From positions 507,882-571,881 of the forward strand of contig JBDVRS010000006.1 in the NCBI GenBank assembly GCA_039967435.1: DNA of 64,000 nt. Direction: 5' to 3'. The stretch comes from Marinomonas sp. GTDB lineage: Bacteria; Pseudomonadota; Alphaproteobacteria; Sphingomonadales; Sphingomonadaceae. The notes beneath the pieces are model-generated. The model was not told the DNA's origin. It saw only the letters and a list, made by a program, of their open reading frames with translations, and did not search any database. Positions 8,992-18,668 of the stretch are shown here, piece after piece. The first letter of the stretch is position 1, and each line of letters begins with the position of its first letter. Both the position numbers and the translations under genes were made by a program.

Positions 8992-10210
8992 CCTTCTCAG
9001 CGACCTTAAAATCATCGAGGTTTCGAGCTTCGTCGCCTCGCCCACTGCAGGGCTGTATGCAGCGCAAATGGGCGCCGATGTGGTGCGGGTTGATCACACC
9101 GCAGGCGGGCTGGATTACCACCGCTATATGCTGACCAAGGAAGGGCGTTCGCTTTCTTGGGAAAACCTCAATCGCGGCAAGAAATCGGTCGCATTGGATT
9201 TGCGCAGCGGAGAAGGGCGCGAGCTGTGTGCAGAATTGGCGCGCAAAACCGGACAGCTCATCACGAACCTGCCAGAGAAAAGTTTCCTTAGCCACGACGC
9301 GCTGGCGAAGGGGCGTGAAGACCTTATCAGCGTGCGGATTATGGGCTGGCATGATGGCCGCCAAGCGATGGATTTCACCGTCAACGCCGCCAGTGGATAT
9401 CCGCTGATGTGCGGGCCTGCCGATTGGGATCAAAACACCGCGCCGCCGGTCAATCAAGTGCTGCCGGCTTGGGATTTCATCACCGGCGCTTATGCGGCAT
9501 TTGCGCTGCTCGCAGCATTGCGCCACCGCGATACGACGGGCGAAGGTCACGAGGTCCGCATCCCGCTCGGCAATGTCGCGATTGGCACGATGGCAAACGC
9601 GGGCGCTATGGCCGAAATGCGCTACAGAGGCAGCGACCGCGAACGGCTTGGCAATGCAATTTGGGGCGCATTTGGAACGGATTTCAAATCACGCGATGGC
9701 AAGCGCTTCATGGTTGCCGCGCTTACCGAAAAGCAATGGGCAGGCCTGATCGAAGCTTTCGGTGTATCGGGCGAAATCGCCGCATTGGAAGCCAAGCTTG
9801 GCGTGCGTTTTGCCGATGGCGACACACCGCGCTTCGTCCATCGCGAAGCATTGTTCGCGCTGTTCCAAACAGCCGCTGACCGCCATGATTACGATGAACT
9901 CGCCGCGCGGATGGGCAAAGCGGGCACGACATTTGAACGCTACCGCACCATGCATGAGGCATCCTATGATCCCGTGCTGATTGATGACAATCCGATGTTT
10001 GGCCCCTCGCCTGACAACCCATCGGGCTTTGACTATCCCGCCACCCGCAGCTTTGCACAAATGCATGGTGAGCCAGTGGGTGACCCCGCTCGCGCGCCTT
10101 ATCTTGGCGAACACAGCGAGGAAATTTTGGCCGAGCGTTTGGGACTGTCCTCCGGCGCGATTGCCAAATTAATTGACGCGGGAACAGTCGCGCTCTCAGA
10201 TAAGGATTAG
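8984..10210 (+). CDS. Family III CoA-transferase, mesaconyl-CoA isomerase (Mct)-like
   Basis: IIEVSSFVASP...AQMGADVVRVD...GGLDY, NRGKKSVALDL and LPAWDFITG. The SxFVAxP/GGLDY/LPAWD pattern is recalled as the Mct subfamily. Confidence 0.75.
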   Translation: MYNLLSDLKIIEVSSFVASPTAGLYAAQMGADVVRVDHTAGGLDYHRYMLTKEGRSLSWENLNRGKKSVALDLRSGEGRELCAELARKTGQLITNLPEKSFLSHDALAKGREDLISVRIMGWHDGRQAMDFTVNAASGYPLMCGPADWDQNTAPPVNQVLPAWDFITGAYAAFALLAALRHRDTTGEGHEVRIPLGNVAIGTMANAGAMAEMRYRGSDRERLGNAIWGAFGTDFKSRDGKRFMVAALTEKQWAGLIEAFGVSGEIAALEAKLGVRFADGDTPRFVHREALFALFQTAADRHDYDELAARMGKAGTTFERYRTMHEASYDPVLIDDNPMFGPSPDNPSGFDYPATRSFAQMHGEPVGDPARAPYLGEHSEEILAERLGLSSGAIAKLIDAGTVALSDKD

Positions 10211-10213
10211 AGA

Positions 10214-11440
10214 ATGACAAGAAGAGCAGCCATCGTATCGCCCCTTCGCACACCCGTGGGCAAATTCCTCGGCACGCTAGCCCCCATGAACGCTGGCGAA
10301 TTGGGCGGAATTATCCTCAAAGCTTTGATCGAGCGCAGCGGCATTGATCCCGCGCGCGTCGATGATGTCGTTTTCTCCCAAGGCTACGGCAATGGCGAGG
10401 CGCCTTGCATCGGGCATTGGTCTTGGCTGGCGGCTGGTCTGCCTTTGGAAGTGCCGGGATATCAGCTTGACCGGCGCTGCGGATCGGGCGTTCAAGCCAT
10501 CGCCAACGCCGCCATGATGGTGGAAACCGGCATGGCCGATGTGGTCGTTGCAGGCGGGTGCGAGAGCATGTCCAATGTCGAGCATTACACCACGGCGGCA
10601 CGCGGCGGCGCGCGCATGGGCGATATGACCTTGCATGACCGGCTCAGCCGAGGCCGCGTGATGAGCCAGCCGATTGAACGCTTTGGCGCGATCTCTGGCA
10701 TGATTGAAACGGCAGAGAACTTGGCCGCTGATTACGACATCAGCCGCGAGGAATGTGACCAATTTGCCGTGCGAAGCCACCAAAACGCCGCCGCCGCATG
10801 GGAAGCTGGCAAGTTCGATGAGCAGCTTGTGCCAATCGAAGTGCCCCAACGCCGCAAAGACCCCATCCAATTCAACCGCGACGAAGGTTTCCGCGCTGAT
10901 GCTACACTCGAAAGCCTCGGCAAGTTGCGCGCATTGGAAGGCAAGCAAAACCCCGCAGCCGTGGTCACCGCAGGCAATGCGAGCCAGCAAAATGATGCCG
11001 CCGCTGCATGCCTTGTCGTGGCGGAAGATAAGCTCGAAGAGCTCGGCCTAACCCCAATGCTGTGGTTCGGCGGATGGGCGGCGGCAGGCTGCGATCCTTC
11101 ACGCATGGGCATTGGCCCTGTGCCAGCGGTTGAGCGTCTGTTTGAGCGGCGCGGCATGTCTTGGGATGACATCGATATGGTCGAGCTGAATGAAGCCTTC
11201 GCACCCCAAGTGCTGGCCGTGCTGAAAGGCTGGGGCTGGAGCGCGGATGATTCGCGCCGCGATATTCTAAACGTCAATGGCTCGGGCATTTCGCTGGGCC
11301 ATCCCATCGGCGCAACCGGCGGGCGCATCCTTGCCGATATGGCGCATGAAATGCACCGCCGCGATGCCAAATGGGGGCTGGAGACAATGTGCATTGGCGG
11401 CGGTCAAGGGATTGCCGCTTTGTTTGAGCGCGCCGTTTAA
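10214..11440 (+). CDS. Acetyl-CoA C-acetyltransferase (thiolase)
   Basis: DRRCGSG, ELNEAFA, NGSGISLGHPIGATG and TMCIGGGQG motifs. Confidence 0.93.
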   Translation: MTRRAAIVSPLRTPVGKFLGTLAPMNAGELGGIILKALIERSGIDPARVDDVVFSQGYGNGEAPCIGHWSWLAAGLPLEVPGYQLDRRCGSGVQAIANAAMMVETGMADVVVAGGCESMSNVEHYTTAARGGARMGDMTLHDRLSRGRVMSQPIERFGAISGMIETAENLAADYDISREECDQFAVRSHQNAAAAWEAGKFDEQLVPIEVPQRRKDPIQFNRDEGFRADATLESLGKLRALEGKQNPAAVVTAGNASQQNDAAAACLVVAEDKLEELGLTPMLWFGGWAAAGCDPSRMGIGPVPAVERLFERRGMSWDDIDMVELNEAFAPQVLAVLKGWGWSADDSRRDILNVNGSGISLGHPIGATGGRILADMAHEMHRRDAKWGLETMCIGGGQGIAALFERAV

Positions 11441-12300
11441 TGAGCGATTGGGACGCATGGGTTGGGCGGCAAGATAGCCGCGGCGATCAGCTCAGTCCGG
11501 AGCTGGCAGCGCGTTGGCTCGCGATGTTTGACCATGCTGGAAAAGGCAGCGCGAGCTTGCCGCAAGGCGTGCATTTTGCACTGTGCTGTCCCGATGCGCC
11601 CACAGCAGCACTTGGGCCAGACGGGCATCCAAAACGCGATGATAGCGCGAGCAGCTTCATGCCGCCCATTCCCGAAAACATCATGCCGCGCCGCATGTGG
11701 GCATCCTCGAAAATCGCTTTCCATGCTCCCATTAATGTTGGCGCGGCCATTGAACGAACCTCGACAGTCGCGTCGATCAAAGAGAAATCCGGCGGCAGCG
11801 GTTCGCTGATTTTCGTCAATGTGGATCATGCCACGCATGCAGATGGCGCGCTTGCCGTAAAAGAGACGCAGACGCTGGTGTACCGCGCGGCTGCTCCCGC
11901 TGATGCGCCGCTGTCTCCGCCAGCGCTTGGCGAGCCCAATTTTGACCCGTCACAATGGGATGCCCACCGCGTCATCACGCCCGACCCGCGCCTGCTGTTT
12001 CGCTTTTCCGCGCTGACCTTCAACACGCACCGCATTCACTATGATGCGCCTTATGCGGGGGATGAAGAGCGCTATCGCGGGCTAGTCGTTCACGGGCCGC
12101 TGACCGCATCGCTGCTGCTGCAATTGGTGGCGAGCCAGCTGGGTGACAACGCGCTTCTGACGTTCCAATTTCGCGGGATGTCACCGGCAATTGCGGATGA
12201 GCCATTGCACCTCGTTATGAGAGGCAGCGGCGCAGATATTGAACTCGCAGCTTTTGCTGATGATGGGCGTCAGGTGACGGCGGCCAGCGCCTCTGTTTGA
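11440..12300 (+). CDS. Double-hotdog (R)-specific hydratase, mesaconyl-C4-CoA / itaconyl-CoA hydratase-like
   Basis: LGPDGHP, PRRMWA, LFRFSALTFNTHRIHYD and GLVVHGPL; TAATG coupling to the thiolase. Confidence 0.78.
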   Translation: MSDWDAWVGRQDSRGDQLSPELAARWLAMFDHAGKGSASLPQGVHFALCCPDAPTAALGPDGHPKRDDSASSFMPPIPENIMPRRMWASSKIAFHAPINVGAAIERTSTVASIKEKSGGSGSLIFVNVDHATHADGALAVKETQTLVYRAAAPADAPLSPPALGEPNFDPSQWDAHRVITPDPRLLFRFSALTFNTHRIHYDAPYAGDEERYRGLVVHGPLTASLLLQLVASQLGDNALLTFQFRGMSPAIADEPLHLVMRGSGADIELAAFADDGRQVTAASASV

Positions 12301-12345
12301 TACTTCCCAACTCCCTCGCCCCCTGATAAAGTTGCAGTTGTAACT

Positions 12346-13287
12346 ATGACCCAGCCAAGCAACACACCCGAGGATTACACGCTCCTGCCCGAACTGCCGG
12401 AGGATGTGTTCACCGCGCCTTTGCAAAAACCAGAAGGTTTGGGCGATGATTGGATTGAGGCGGCACAGGCCGATTACGGCGCGGATGACCATGCAATTTG
12501 GGACGATCTGTTCGCGCGGCAAATGGAGATTTTGCCCGGCCGCGCCGCCAGTGCCTTTATGGCGGGGCTCGACAAACTTGATCTTTCGCGCGGCGGAGTG
12601 CCTGAATTTGCTCGGCTTTCTGAAGAACTCGGCGCGCTAACCGGATGGAGCGTTGTGCCTGTCCCCATGCTGATCCCTGATCACGTCTTCTTCTGGCATC
12701 TCGCCAATCGCCGCTTTCCAGCGGGCAATTTTATCCGCACCCGCGAGACGTTTGATTACATCCAAGAACCCGATGTCTTCCACGATGTCTTCGGCCATGT
12801 GCCCATGCTCAGCGACCCGACCTTCGCCGATTATATGCAAGAATATGGCCGCGCCGGATGGAAGGCGATGCGCTATAACCGCTTGAAAGCATTGGGCGCG
12901 CTCTATTGGTATACGGTCGAATTTGGCCTGATCGAAGAAAGCCCAGGCGATATTCGCGCCTATGGTGCTGGCATATTATCCGGCCCGACAGAAGCGCAAT
13001 TTGCAGTCGAGGCGCAAAGCCCAAATCGCATCATGCTCAACGTCGACCGCGTCATGCGCACCGATTACGTCATCAGCGATTTGCAGCCGACATATTTCGT
13101 GATTGAGAGTTTCAAAAACCTCTTCCGCCAAACGGTGGAGCGCGATTTTGATCGGCTCTATCGCAATCTTGCTCCAGCGTTCAAATATGCCAATTCAGCC
13201 GTGATCGATGTCGATTATGTGGTGCATCGCGGCACTCAAGAATATCTGCTTCGCGGAGGTCGCGGGAGCGGTGCATCTGCCGTTTGA
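12346..13287 (+). CDS. phhA: Phenylalanine 4-monooxygenase
   Basis: DYIQEPDVFHDVFGHVP, LYWYTVEFGL and AYGAGILS motifs. Confidence 0.93.
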   Translation: MTQPSNTPEDYTLLPELPEDVFTAPLQKPEGLGDDWIEAAQADYGADDHAIWDDLFARQMEILPGRAASAFMAGLDKLDLSRGGVPEFARLSEELGALTGWSVVPVPMLIPDHVFFWHLANRRFPAGNFIRTRETFDYIQEPDVFHDVFGHVPMLSDPTFADYMQEYGRAGWKAMRYNRLKALGALYWYTVEFGLIEESPGDIRAYGAGILSGPTEAQFAVEAQSPNRIMLNVDRVMRTDYVISDLQPTYFVIESFKNLFRQTVERDFDRLYRNLAPAFKYANSAVIDVDYVVHRGTQEYLLRGGRGSGASAV

Positions 13288-13359
13288 AACAGGCGTCTAG
13301 GGGGTATCTCGCTTTTGGCCTCATTTGGCCTCGCCATCTTTTAGGGCCGTTTTCAGCCG

Positions 13360-14217
13360 CTAAAACATCCACAAAAGCGCGACGCCCATCGCCACGCGGT
13401 AAAGCACAAAGACCATCATGGATGCTTTTTTGAGGAAGTTCATCAGGAACGCCATGGTCAAGAACGCAGCGATGAAAGTCAGCACGCCCGCGATCAAAGC
13501 ATCCCAGGCCAGCGCCGTGCCAGCCTCGAAAATCTCCGGCACGATTAGCACGCCTGCGCCCGCCACAGCGGGGATCGACAGCAGGAAGGAAAAGCGCGCT
13601 GCCTCGACCCTTTTATAGCCCAAGGCGCGCGCCGCCGTCATAGTGATACCCGAACGGCTCGTGCCCGGAATAATCGCCAGAGCCTGCGCCAGACCGACGA
13701 TCACGCCATCGCGCCATGTCATATCTTCGAAGACTTTGACCTCTTTGCCGATCCAATCCGCAATGCCGAGCAGGATGCCGTAAAAGATCAGATTGAAGGC
13801 AATCAAATCGGTGAAACGGATCGATGACATCAGATCATCATCGATAATTTCTACGCCGAAAACATCGGTCGCAATACCGTTAAACACGCCCATCTTAATC
13901 GACAGTCCGAACACCACAGCAGGGATCGTGCCCAGCACAATCCACCAGAACAAACGCCGTTCCGCAGGCGCTTTGGGAGCCGAAGCGCCAACACCAATGC
14001 TGGCAAAACCGCCGCGCGCCAGAACCAGCACATCTTTGAAGAAATAGACAATAATCGCCAGCAGCGAGCCGACATGCACCGCCACATCAATCAGCGGGCC
14101 TTGATCGGAGAAATCCGTCAAATGCGGGATCAGGATCAAATGGCCTGACGAGGAAATCGGCAGGAATTCGGTAATCCCTTGCACGACGGCAATGATCAAA
14201 AGCTGGAGAAAAGTCAT
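13360..14217 (-). CDS. uppP: Undecaprenyl-diphosphate phosphatase
   Basis: QGITEFLPISSSGH, PGTSRSG and AARFSFLLSIP motifs. Confidence 0.95.
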   Translation of the reverse strand: MTFLQLLIIAVVQGITEFLPISSSGHLILIPHLTDFSDQGPLIDVAVHVGSLLAIIVYFFKDVLVLARGGFASIGVGASAPKAPAERRLFWWIVLGTIPAVVFGLSIKMGVFNGIATDVFGVEIIDDDLMSSIRFTDLIAFNLIFYGILLGIADWIGKEVKVFEDMTWRDGVIVGLAQALAIIPGTSRSGITMTAARALGYKRVEAARFSFLLSIPAVAGAGVLIVPEIFEAGTALAWDALIAGVLTFIAAFLTMAFLMNFLKKASMMVFVLYRVAMGVALLWMF

Positions 14218-14258
14218 GACCCGCGCTCTGCGATGTAAGCGCGGGCCAAGTCAATCCC

Positions 14259-16439
14259 TTACCAAATGCGCACGCGGTCCTCTGGGGCCAAATAGAGCGC
14301 ATCGCCCGGCTTCACATTGAACGCTTTATACCAAGCATCATGATTGCGAACCGCGCCGTTCACGCGCGCAGTTGCAGGTGAATGTGAATCCGTTTTCAGC
14401 AATTGGCGCCCGGTTTTATCGCGCACCATAGAGCGCCAAACTTGCGCCCATGCCATGAAGAAACGTTGGTCACCAGTTAGCCCGTCAATCACTGGGGCTT
14501 CCTCTCCATTCAGGCTCTCACGGTAAGCGCGATAGGCCATAGACAGCCCGCCCACATCACCAATGTTCTCGCCCAAAGTCAGGCGGCCATTTACGCAGGT
14601 CTCGCCATCATCATAAGGGCAATAGGCGTTATATTGCGCAACCAAAGTATCGCCCATGGCGGTGAAGCGTTTGAGGTCTTCCTCCGCCCACCAATTGCGC
14701 AAAGTGCCAGTGCCATCATATTTCGCGCCTTGGTCGTCAAAGCCGTGGCCGATCTCATGGCCAATCACGCCGCCAATCGCGCCGTAATTCACCGCTGGAT
14801 CATTGGTGATCGCAAAGAAAGGCTGCTGCAAGATTGCTGCAGGGAAGACGATTTCGTTGAATACCGGATTGTAATAGGCATTCACCGTTTGGGGCAGCAT
14901 GAACCATTCGGTTTTATCAACCGGCTGTCCGAGGCGCGACAAATTGTCTTCTGTGCCCCATTTCGCCGCCGACAAGGCGTTTGCGACCGGATCGGTTGTG
15001 ATCTCCAAACCTTCATAGGTTTCGAATGTGTCAGGGTAGCCAATTTTGGTGTCGAAAGCCTCAAGCTTTTTGAGCGCCTCGACCTTGGTTTCCTCGGTCA
15101 TCCAAGTGTTCTCGCGAATGCCGGCGGCCTGCGCCTTGCGCAAATTGCCGACCAGATCGAGCATCGCTGCTTTGCTTTCGGCGGGGAAATAGCGCGCGGC
15201 ATAGACCTTGCCCAAAACCTCGCCAAGCTGGCTTTCGGTGGTGGCAATGGCGCGTTTCCAGCGCGGCTCTTGCGCCTCGCGTCCGCCAAGGGTTTTGCCG
15301 TAGAAATCAAAGCTGATCGCATCCAATTCGCTCGACAATACAGACGCGCTGCCGCCCAGCATGCTCTTTGCCATATAGGCTTTGATTGTCGGCAGATCAG
15401 CCGTTGTCAGCAATTGCATCATGCCCGGCAGGCCGCCGCCAATCATGCCGCGCATTTCTTCGCTAAGGCCGAGCTTTTCTGCTTCTTCATCGCTCGGCGG
15501 AATTTGCGGCGCGAGGTAGAATGGCTGATCCGCAATGCCTTTCTCGCCAAGATAAGTCATGATCGGGAAGTCGCCCGCCAAAGCGATCAATTCCTCAGGC
15601 GTGACCTTATTGTAAGTGATGTCGCGGTTGCGCATGGCTGTGCGCGCCCATTCCACTTCGGCGACTTGCTTCTCAAATGCATAAACGGCGCGCGCTGCGC
15701 TGGCAGGCTGCGTATAACCCGCTTTGCCAAGCACCGTTTCGAGATATTTGAGATAGGCGGCGCGGATCTCTGTATTGCGCTCATTATCGACGAGGTAATA
15801 ATCGCGGTCAGGCAGGCCCATTCCATTAAAACCGATGGAAACGGCATGGGTGTTCGGCGCTTTCGCATCCACGCCAACGCCCGCGCCAACTAGGCTAGGG
15901 AAAGCAGGCTGAGCGAACAATTTGACCAAATCTTCGAGCGTTTCCGCGCCGTATATTTGCCCGAGATAAGGCTGCGCCGGGGCAAGTCCGGTGGCGTCAA
16001 TCGCCTCGACATTGAGGAAGGCGTTATAGGCATCGACAATGCGTTTCTCATCGCCTGTCAGCGTCGCAGGGTCCTGCTCCACAAGCTCGTTGATCAATGT
16101 TTTTACATCCGCGCGCGATACTTCGCGAAGAGCATCAAACGCGCCATAGCGGCCCTTGTCCGCAGGGATGTCATTTTCCGCGACCCATTTGCCGTTCACA
16201 TGGGCGAAGAAATCCTCGCCGGGGGTGACGCTATTGTCGATAGTCGATGGGTCAATGCCCCATGTCCCGTAGGTCATGACCGGCGCTTTGATCTCTGCAG
16301 CAGCGTCTGCTCCAGAGGTTTCAGCGGCATCTTCAAGAGTGTCGAGAACGGGTAATGTGCTCACCGGCTCAGCCAAAGCGGGCGCGGCCAGTGTTAATGC
16401 CAGCGCGCTTGCGCCGATCATTGCTGTCAAACGTGTCAT
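14259..16439 (-). CDS. M13 (neprilysin/PepO-like) zinc metallopeptidase, exported
   Basis: Signal peptide, VNAYY, GHEIGHGFD (HExxH), GENIGD and DSHSP motifs. Confidence 0.93.
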   Translation of the reverse strand: MTRLTAMIGASALALTLAAPALAEPVSTLPVLDTLEDAAETSGADAAAEIKAPVMTYGTWGIDPSTIDNSVTPGEDFFAHVNGKWVAENDIPADKGRYGAFDALREVSRADVKTLINELVEQDPATLTGDEKRIVDAYNAFLNVEAIDATGLAPAQPYLGQIYGAETLEDLVKLFAQPAFPSLVGAGVGVDAKAPNTHAVSIGFNGMGLPDRDYYLVDNERNTEIRAAYLKYLETVLGKAGYTQPASAARAVYAFEKQVAEVEWARTAMRNRDITYNKVTPEELIALAGDFPIMTYLGEKGIADQPFYLAPQIPPSDEEAEKLGLSEEMRGMIGGGLPGMMQLLTTADLPTIKAYMAKSMLGGSASVLSSELDAISFDFYGKTLGGREAQEPRWKRAIATTESQLGEVLGKVYAARYFPAESKAAMLDLVGNLRKAQAAGIRENTWMTEETKVEALKKLEAFDTKIGYPDTFETYEGLEITTDPVANALSAAKWGTEDNLSRLGQPVDKTEWFMLPQTVNAYYNPVFNEIVFPAAILQQPFFAITNDPAVNYGAIGGVIGHEIGHGFDDQGAKYDGTGTLRNWWAEEDLKRFTAMGDTLVAQYNAYCPYDDGETCVNGRLTLGENIGDVGGLSMAYRAYRESLNGEEAPVIDGLTGDQRFFMAWAQVWRSMVRDKTGRQLLKTDSHSPATARVNGAVRNHDAWYKAFNVKPGDALYLAPEDRVRIW

Positions 16440-16599
16440 ATTAAAATCCCCAAAATCTGTGACGCGTTTGAGAGGCTAACCAAGCCGCATAGCGTCCATC
16501 ATACTGAATTAACTATAGAACCAAACTTCGGTTCCCGATTGTCGCTGGTCGGGCATGCATGCATTTGGTCGAATTTGCACGGAGGCGGGTTTAGCGCGC

Positions 16600-18501
16600 C
16601 TAACCTGCAGCTGCGGTGAATTGCAAATTCGCAAGCTGGGCGTAAATCCCGTCCGCTTTCACCAGGCTGTCATGCGTGCCTTGCTCGGCAATCCGGCCAT
16701 TATCGAGCACGATAATCCGGTCCGCATCGCGCACCGTGGCAAGGCGGTGTGCAATCACAAGGGTCGTGCGGTCTTGCATCAAACGGTCGAGCGCTTGCTG
16801 CACCAATTGCTCGCTTTGCGCATCCAATGCGCTCGTCGCCTCATCAAGCAGCAAGATCGGCGCATCACGCAGCAGAGCGCGCGCAATCGCTAGACGTTGT
16901 TGCTGGCCGCCAGAAAGCCGCGTGCCGCTCTCGCCCAAGAATGTATCAAGGCCATCGGGCAAAGCTTCGAGGAATTCAGCGGCATTGGCCGCGCGCGCAG
17001 CCTCCCAGATTTGCTCGTCACTTGCATCCCATCCGCCATAGCGCAGATTGTCGCGGGCATTCGCGCTGAACAAAACGCCGTCCTGCGGCACAAAGGCTAT
17101 GCGGCTGCGAATATCAGCAGGGTCAGCTTTGGTCAGCGGGACACCGTCCAAACGGATCGTGCCCGCCTGAGGGTCATAAAACCGCTCCACCAATTGGAAG
17201 AGCGTCGATTTGCCCGCGCCTGATGGGCCAACGATAGCCACCGTTTCGCCCGGCTCCACTTCCAAGGTAAAGTCGGTCAGTGCCGCAGTTTCAGGCCGTG
17301 TTGGGTAGCGGAAAGTGACATTGCGAAAGGACAGCGAACCGCGCGGCGGCACAGGCAGTTTCTCAGGCCGAGCAGGCGGCGCAATATCAGGCTTAGCTTG
17401 CAGCAATTCATTCAACCGGCTGGCCGCCCCTGCCCCGCGAAGCAAATCGCCATAGACTTCGGTCAGCGCGCCGAAAGAGCCGGCAATCAAGCCTCCCGTA
17501 ATTACGAAAGCTGTAATTTCGCCGCCGGTCATAATGCCATCATTGACCGCCAAAGCCCCGCGCCACATCAACATGACTATCGAGCCAAAGATCAGCAAAA
17601 TGATGATCGAGGTCATGGCTGCGCGGATAAGAATCCGCTTCTTTGCAGTTGCGAAAGTCTCTTCCACCGCTTGACCAAATCGTACAGATTCGCGGGCCTC
17701 TTGGCCGAAGCTCTGTACCACTTTCATGGCCGCCAGAACCTCTGTCACCATCGCGCCAACACCCGCCACACGGTCTTGGCTCGTGCGCGAGATATTGCGC
17801 AATCTGCGCCCAAACAGGGTAATCGGGATGACCACCAAAGGGATGACCAGCACAAGGCCCAAAGTCATCTGCGGCTGAAGGTAAAACAGATAGGCTGTTC
17901 CGCCAATTGCCATCAGCGTATTGCGCAAGGCCACCGACACAGTCGTACCAACCACCGTTTCGATGATCGCTGTATCCGATGTCATCCGGCTGGAGATTTC
18001 CTTGGGGCTGTTCTCTTCGTAAAAACCGGGCGCAAGGCGCAGTAAATTGGCATGCACATCGCGGCGAATATCGGCGACAACGCGCTCACCAATCCAACTG
18101 ACGAAATAGAACCGGAAAGCTGTGGCTATTCCAAGAACCACTACGATCATCAGCAAATATTGGAACCAAACGCCAATTTCTTCGCGAGAGCCGTCAGCGG
18201 CAAAGCCTTGGTCGACGACTTGCATCAAACCCGCCGGTATCGCCAAAGTGGCTCCAGCCGTGATCAGCAAAGCCGCAAATGCCAGACCAACTTGCGTGGG
18301 GTACTTTGCCGCCGCGGCGTAAATCATCTTAAGCGGACCCAGCGATTTGGCTTTTGGCGCCTCCTTGGAAGCCCCCTCTTTTGCCGGCACGTCCTTCACA
18401 TCCTTGCCCTCTGGCGATGGCGCGCTTTGCTCATTGCTGACACCGGAAAGGGCGTCAGAACGGCGCGGTGAAGAAGTGGGTTGGTCCATTGCCAGTGTCA
18501 A
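16600..18501 (-). CDS. ABC exporter, fused permease/ATPase (MsbA-like)
   Basis: Six-TM domain, Walker A GPSGAGKS, LSGGQQQR, LLDEATSALD and IAHRL. Confidence 0.92.
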   Translation of the reverse strand: MTLAMDQPTSSPRRSDALSGVSNEQSAPSPEGKDVKDVPAKEGASKEAPKAKSLGPLKMIYAAAAKYPTQVGLAFAALLITAGATLAIPAGLMQVVDQGFAADGSREEIGVWFQYLLMIVVVLGIATAFRFYFVSWIGERVVADIRRDVHANLLRLAPGFYEENSPKEISSRMTSDTAIIETVVGTTVSVALRNTLMAIGGTAYLFYLQPQMTLGLVLVIPLVVIPITLFGRRLRNISRTSQDRVAGVGAMVTEVLAAMKVVQSFGQEARESVRFGQAVEETFATAKKRILIRAAMTSIIILLIFGSIVMLMWRGALAVNDGIMTGGEITAFVITGGLIAGSFGALTEVYGDLLRGAGAASRLNELLQAKPDIAPPARPEKLPVPPRGSLSFRNVTFRYPTRPETAALTDFTLEVEPGETVAIVGPSGAGKSTLFQLVERFYDPQAGTIRLDGVPLTKADPADIRSRIAFVPQDGVLFSANARDNLRYGGWDASDEQIWEAARAANAAEFLEALPDGLDTFLGESGTRLSGGQQQRLAIARALLRDAPILLLDEATSALDAQSEQLVQQALDRLMQDRTTLVIAHRLATVRDADRIIVLDNGRIAEQGTHDSLVKADGIYAQLANLQFTAAAG

Positions 18502-18575
18502 ATAGCGATGGTGGACGCGAATTTCACGTGATTAATTTTCCTAATGCGGGACAAATGTGCACAGCCGTCCAAAAA

Positions 18576-18590
18576 TTGTGCGTTGCACAA
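18576..18590. promoter_or_regulatory. Palindromic operator, PhaR-like, upstream of phaZ
   Basis: TTGTGC-GTT-GCACAA perfect 6-bp inverted repeat. It contains TGCGTTGCACAA, which fits the TGCRNYGCASMA motif recalled for rhizobial PhaR. Confidence 0.5.
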
Positions 18591-18668
18591 TGGTTCAAAT
18601 GGGTGCAGTCCTGCCGTTCTGTATAAGATCAGTCGGGAAATTGTGCCTTGGCTCAGCGAGGAAATTCA

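Noticed and set aside
12346-13287. phhA without an adjacent phhB or hppD
   Set aside because: Stand-alone phhA is common, and the partners may lie elsewhere in the genome.
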